This document shows, in pieces, positions 60,136 to 64,000 of a stretch of DNA of 64,000 nt. Position 1 is the stretch's first letter; each line of letters begins with the position of its first letter. The position numbers and the translations under genes are program-made. Below the pieces are notes generated by a model. That model was not told the origin of the DNA, made no database searches, and worked only from the letters and a program-made list of their open reading frames with translations. The stretch is taken from NCBI GenBank assembly GCA_963668645.2, contig CAXXWC010000019.1:128001-192000 (forward strand). Reading direction: 5' to 3'. This DNA is from Desulfobacterales bacterium. Lineage in GTDB: Bacteria; Desulfobacterota; Desulfobacteria; Desulfobacterales; UBA2174.

Positions 60136-61590
60136 ATGGGACGGATGAACAAGTACGAATCTCTGGCTGCCGAGCTGGCCGGACTGATCACCGCGGGCAC
60201 CTACCGCCGGGGAACGCCGATGCCTTCGGTGCGCGAGCTGAGCCGCGAAAAGGGGCTGAGCGTCTCTACGGTCCTTCAGGCCTACTACCTGCTCGAGGCC
60301 CGCGGGCTGGTCACGCCCCGCCCGCGCTCGGGTTTCTTCGTGGCCGAGGCGGCCCTGCACCCCGAGTCGGAGCCGGAAGCCTCGACGCCCGAATTCGATG
60401 CGGCCCGGGTGAGCATCCGCCAACTGGTGACCCAGGTCGCCTTGCAGGACGCCCGTACGCTGGGCCTGGTTCCCCTAGGATACGCCCATCCCCACCCGGC
60501 CTGCACCGCAACCGGGGCCATAAACCGGCTCATGACGTCCATCGCCCGCCGGCTGGGCGATGCGAGCTGGGCCTACGAGCTGCCGCCGGGGTGCAGCGCC
60601 CTTCGCACCGAGATCGCCCGCCAGGCCGCCCGGGCCGGCTGCCGCCTCAACCGCGGCGACATCGTCATCACCTCGGGCTGCACCGAGGCCGTCAGCCTCT
60701 CGCTGCGGGCCGTCTGCCATCCGGGGGACGCCGTGGCCATCGAATCGCCCATTTGCTTCGACACCCTCCAGACCTTGGAAACCCTTGGATTGAGGGCCGT
60801 GGAGATCCCCACCCACCCGCGCGACGGAATCAGTCTCGAAGCCCTGCGCTTCGCAACCGATTCGATGCCCATCAAGGCCTGCCTGGTGATCGCCAACCAT
60901 AACAATCCAGTGGGCAGCCGCATCCCTGACGCGGCCAAGGAAGAACTGGTCGGCATGCTGGCCGAACGGGAAATTCCCCTCATCGAAAACGATATCTACG
61001 GCGAGATTCACTTCGATGCCCACCGGCCCACCGCGGTCAAGGCCTTCGACCGCAAGGGGCTGGTGCTGTTGTGCGGCTCTTTTTCCAAGACCCTCGGCCC
61101 GGGCCTGCGCGTCGGCTGGGTCGCGGCGGGGCGCTTTCGCGACAATGTCGAATGGGTCAAATACACCCTGAGCCTGGCCGTCGCCACCCTGCCCCAGCTC
61201 GCCATCGCCGAGTTCATGGCCGGCAGCGCCTACCCGCGGCACCTGCGGCGCATCCGGCGCATCTACGCCGACAACGTGGCCGCCATGCGCCAGGCCGTGC
61301 TGCGCTATTTTCCCGCCGCAACCCGGGTCACCCGCCCCAGCGGCGGGTATCTGCTCTGGATTCAGCTTCCCGAGAGGATCGACGCCTACGATATGTATCG
61401 CCGGGCCCTGGAGGCGGGCATCGCCATCATGCCCGGCCACCTCTTTTCAGCCGCCGACCGCTACCACGACTTTATCCGCCTCAACGCGGCCTTCTGGTCA
61501 CCCGAGGTCGATAAGGCGGTGCGGCAGCTGGGCCGGATTGCGGCCCAGGCCCTTGAGGCTAAGCGTCTGAATGAAGGAAAATCGATCTAG
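60136..61590 (+). CDS. MocR/GabR-family regulator (GntR HTH plus PLP aminotransferase domain)
   Basis: PSVRELS...TVLQAY...RPRSGFFV; ENDIYGE; SFSKTL.PGLRVGW. Start codon uncertain. Confidence 0.92.
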   Translation: MGRMNKYESLAAELAGLITAGTYRRGTPMPSVRELSREKGLSVSTVLQAYYLLEARGLVTPRPRSGFFVAEAALHPESEPEASTPEFDAARVSIRQLVTQVALQDARTLGLVPLGYAHPHPACTATGAINRLMTSIARRLGDASWAYELPPGCSALRTEIARQAARAGCRLNRGDIVITSGCTEAVSLSLRAVCHPGDAVAIESPICFDTLQTLETLGLRAVEIPTHPRDGISLEALRFATDSMPIKACLVIANHNNPVGSRIPDAAKEELVGMLAEREIPLIENDIYGEIHFDAHRPTAVKAFDRKGLVLLCGSFSKTLGPGLRVGWVAAGRFRDNVEWVKYTLSLAVATLPQLAIAEFMAGSAYPRHLRRIRRIYADNVAAMRQAVLRYFPAATRVTRPSGGYLLWIQLPERIDAYDMYRRALEAGIAIMPGHLFSAADRYHDFIRLNAAFWSPEVDKAVRQLGRIAAQALEAKRLNEGKSI

Positions 61591-61634
61591 ATACGACCCA
61601 CCACCCAGCTTGAATCCGTTCTGCCCTCCGGGCA

Positions 61635-64000
61635 TCACTCAGGCGAATCCGCCCCGGCCGGATGGGCCCCTTTCAGCCCGTGGCCGTGGGCAAACTCCCA
61701 GCGCTTGTCCAGAAAGTAGAGGATCGGCACGGTCATGCGCGAAAAGAGCAGCGAAGCGACCTCGCCGGCCATCAGGGAGATGGCCAGCCCCTGGAAGATG
61801 GGATCGAAGAGGATCACCGAGGCGCCCACCACTACCGCCGCCGCCGTGAGCACCATGGGCCGGAAACGCACCGCCCCGGCATCGATCACGGCCTGATCCA
61901 GGGCCATCCCCTCGGCCAGGCGCAGCTCGATGAAATCGACCAGGATGATCGAATTGCGCACCACGATCCCGGCCCCGGCGATGAACCCGATCATGCTCGT
62001 AGCGGTGAAAAAGGCCCCCATGGCCCAGTGGGCCGGCAGGATGCCGATCAGCGAAAAGGGGATCGCGACCATGATGGTCAGGGGGGTGGAAAACGACTGG
62101 AACCAGCCCACCACCAGAACGAAGATCAGCACCAGCACGACGGCAAAGGCGATCCCCAGGTCGCGGAAAACCTCGTAGGTGATGTGCCATTCCCCGTCCC
62201 ATTTCATGGCAAAATGCCGGTCGCTGTCCGGCAGGGCCGCGGTGTGCTGTTCGAGCCGGTAGCCTTCGGGCAGGGCCAGGGCCTCGATCTTTTTTTGCAT
62301 TTCGAGAATGGCGTAGACCGGACTCTCCTTGGCTCCGGCCACGTCCCCGACCACATAAACCACCGGCATGAGGTTCTTGTGATAGATGCTGCGGTCGTTT
62401 TCGGTGCGCCGGAATTGCACCAGGCTGGCCAAAGGCACGCTGTTGCCGCCGGCTCCGACCACCGGAACGGCCCCCAGCCGTTCGAGCCCGGCCCGGTCAG
62501 CCAGGGCCGGCTGCAAAACGATCTCCAGGTCCTCCTTTTCGAAAGGCTGGTGCACCAACCCCACCGGCCGGCCGGAAAGAGCGGTGCGCAGGGCCTGGGC
62601 CACCTGGACGGTGGCGATCCCGCTCAAGGCGGCCTTTTCCTTGTCGATCTGCACCACGTAGCGGGTCTGGGCCTCCTCCATGAACCAGTCCACATCCACC
62701 ACCCCTTCGGTCTGCTCGAAAATGCGGCGGATCTCAAGGGCGATCTCGCGCTGGCGCGTGTAGTCCGGCCCGTAGACCTCGGCCACCAGGGTCGAGAGCA
62801 CCGGGGGGCCGGGCGGCACCTCGGCCACCTTGATGCGGGCCCCGTGACGCCGGGCGATCGCCTCCAGGGGCGGGCGCACCCGCTTGGCGATGGCGTGGCT
62901 CTGGTGGGCGCGGCGCCCCTTGGGGGCCAGGTTTACCTGGATATCGGCCAGGTTCGGCCCACGGCGCAGAAAATAGTGGCGCACCAGCCCGTTGAAGTTG
63001 AAAGGACCCGCGGTGCCGGCATGGATCTGGTAGTCGACCACCTCGTTGACCGTGGCCAGATAGTGCCCCATCTCCATGCAGACACCTGTGGTCTGTTCCA
63101 GGGTGGCCCCCTCGGGCATGTCCACGATCACCTGAAACTCGCTCTTGTTGTCAAAGGGGAGCATCTTGACCCTGACCAGGCCCAGGCCTACCAAAGTGCA
63201 GGCCGCCAGCAGCATCCCCACCACCAGCACCAGAAAACCGGTGCGCGCCACCGGCCTGTGCAGCAACGGCCCCATCACCCGCCGGTAGAGGCGCGTGGCC
63301 CAGTCCTCGCGCTGTTCGTGCCCCCCATGGCCGCCGCCGTGGTCCCGGACCAGGCGCACCGAAGCCCAGGGGGTCACAATGAAGGCCACGATCATGGAAA
63401 AGATCATGGCCGCCGAAGCCCCCACCGGAATCGGGCGCATGTAGGGGCCCATCAGCCCGCCCACGAAGGCCATGGGCAGGATGGCGGCGATGACCGTCAT
63501 GGTGGCCAGGATGGTGGGGTTGCCCACCTCGTCCACCGCCTCGATGGCCACCTCGATCCGGGGGCGGCCCTCATTCTGGGGAAGCCGGTAGTGGCGCACC
63601 ACGTTTTCCACCACCACGATGGCGTCGTCGACCAGGATCCCGATGGAAAAGATCAGGGCAAAGAGGGTGATGCGATTCAGGGTGTACCCGTAGACGTAAA
63701 AAACGGCCAGGGTCAGGGCCAGGGTCACGGGGATGGCCAGGGCCACCACCCCCGACTCGCGGTGGCCCAGGGTGAACCAGATCAGGATGGTAACCGAGAC
63801 CACCGCGATCAGCATGTGAAAGAGCAGCTCGTCACTCTTTTCCTTGGCCGTTTCCCCGTAGTGGCGCGTGACGGTGAGGTGGACGTCGCCGGGGATCAGG
63901 CTGCCCCGCACCTCGTGCACCCGTTCCAGAACCCGTTCGGCCACGGAGATGGCGTTGGTCCCCTTGCGCTTGGCCACGGTGAGGGTCACGGCGGGAAAAA
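61635..64000 (-). CDS. RND-family efflux permease (5' part lies outside the window)
   Basis: [26 protein letters not shown] and RFRPMVLT motifs. Confidence 0.92.
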   Translation of the reverse strand, partial: FPAVTLTVAKRKGTNAISVAERVLERVHEVRGSLIPGDVHLTVTRHYGETAKEKSDELLFHMLIAVVSVTILIWFTLGHRESGVVALAIPVTLALTLAVFYVYGYTLNRITLFALIFSIGILVDDAIVVVENVVRHYRLPQNEGRPRIEVAIEAVDEVGNPTILATMTVIAAILPMAFVGGLMGPYMRPIPVGASAAMIFSMIVAFIVTPWASVRLVRDHGGGHGGHEQREDWATRLYRRVMGPLLHRPVARTGFLVLVVGMLLAACTLVGLGLVRVKMLPFDNKSEFQVIVDMPEGATLEQTTGVCMEMGHYLATVNEVVDYQIHAGTAGPFNFNGLVRHYFLRRGPNLADIQVNLAPKGRRAHQSHAIAKRVRPPLEAIARRHGARIKVAEVPPGPPVLSTLVAEVYGPDYTRQREIALEIRRIFEQTEGVVDVDWFMEEAQTRYVVQIDKEKAALSGIATVQVAQALRTALSGRPVGLVHQPFEKEDLEIVLQPALADRAGLERLGAVPVVGAGGNSVPLASLVQFRRTENDRSIYHKNLMPVVYVVGDVAGAKESPVYAILEMQKKIEALALPEGYRLEQHTAALPDSDRHFAMKWDGEWHITYEVFRDLGIAFAVVLVLIFVLVVGWFQSFSTPLTIMVAIPFSLIGILPAHWAMGAFFTATSMIGFIAGAGIVVRNSIILVDFIELRLAEGMALDQAVIDAGAVRFRPMVLTAAAVVVGASVILFDPIFQGLAISLMAGEVASLLFSRMTVPILYFLDKRWEFAHGHGLKGAHPAGADSPE

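Noticed and set aside
1..64000. rRNA, tRNA, transposases, integrases, defence systems
   Set aside because: None recognised by eye; a covariance-model scan would be needed to exclude small RNAs fully.

Overview
GC-rich chromosomal window from an anaerobe, most likely a sulfate-reducing Desulfobacterota. This is inferred from the tmcDCBA complex, class III cytochromes, desulfoferrodoxin, rubrerythrin and a flavodiiron protein. In order it holds: holA-lspA-ileS; tilS-ftsH-folP-coaX; a tandem PilT locus with a zinc-ribbon/pseudo-receiver gene; a FadR-type divergon joining an AOR-family oxidoreductase (plus sulfur carrier) to a fused FeS/flavin amine or amino-acid dehydrogenase; a FecR-OmpA-CHASE2/HD-GYP cassette behind two poly-C tracts; proC-ccdA-Nudix; nrdD-nrdG with two NrdR boxes; prpE; tmcDCBA; several enzymes; a ~10 kb oxygen-defence cluster; a cobalamin-riboswitch-controlled TonB receptor; a MocR/DUF2917 divergon; and a partial RND pump. 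The most striking observation is the class III ribonucleotide reductase. Its core, metal site, activase and operators look intact, but its glycyl-radical loop has decayed in frame (EVSSGVVPYLHPL instead of EVYSRVVGYLRPV). No rRNA, tRNA, CRISPR array or transposase was seen. All calls come from reading motifs by eye; no searches were run.
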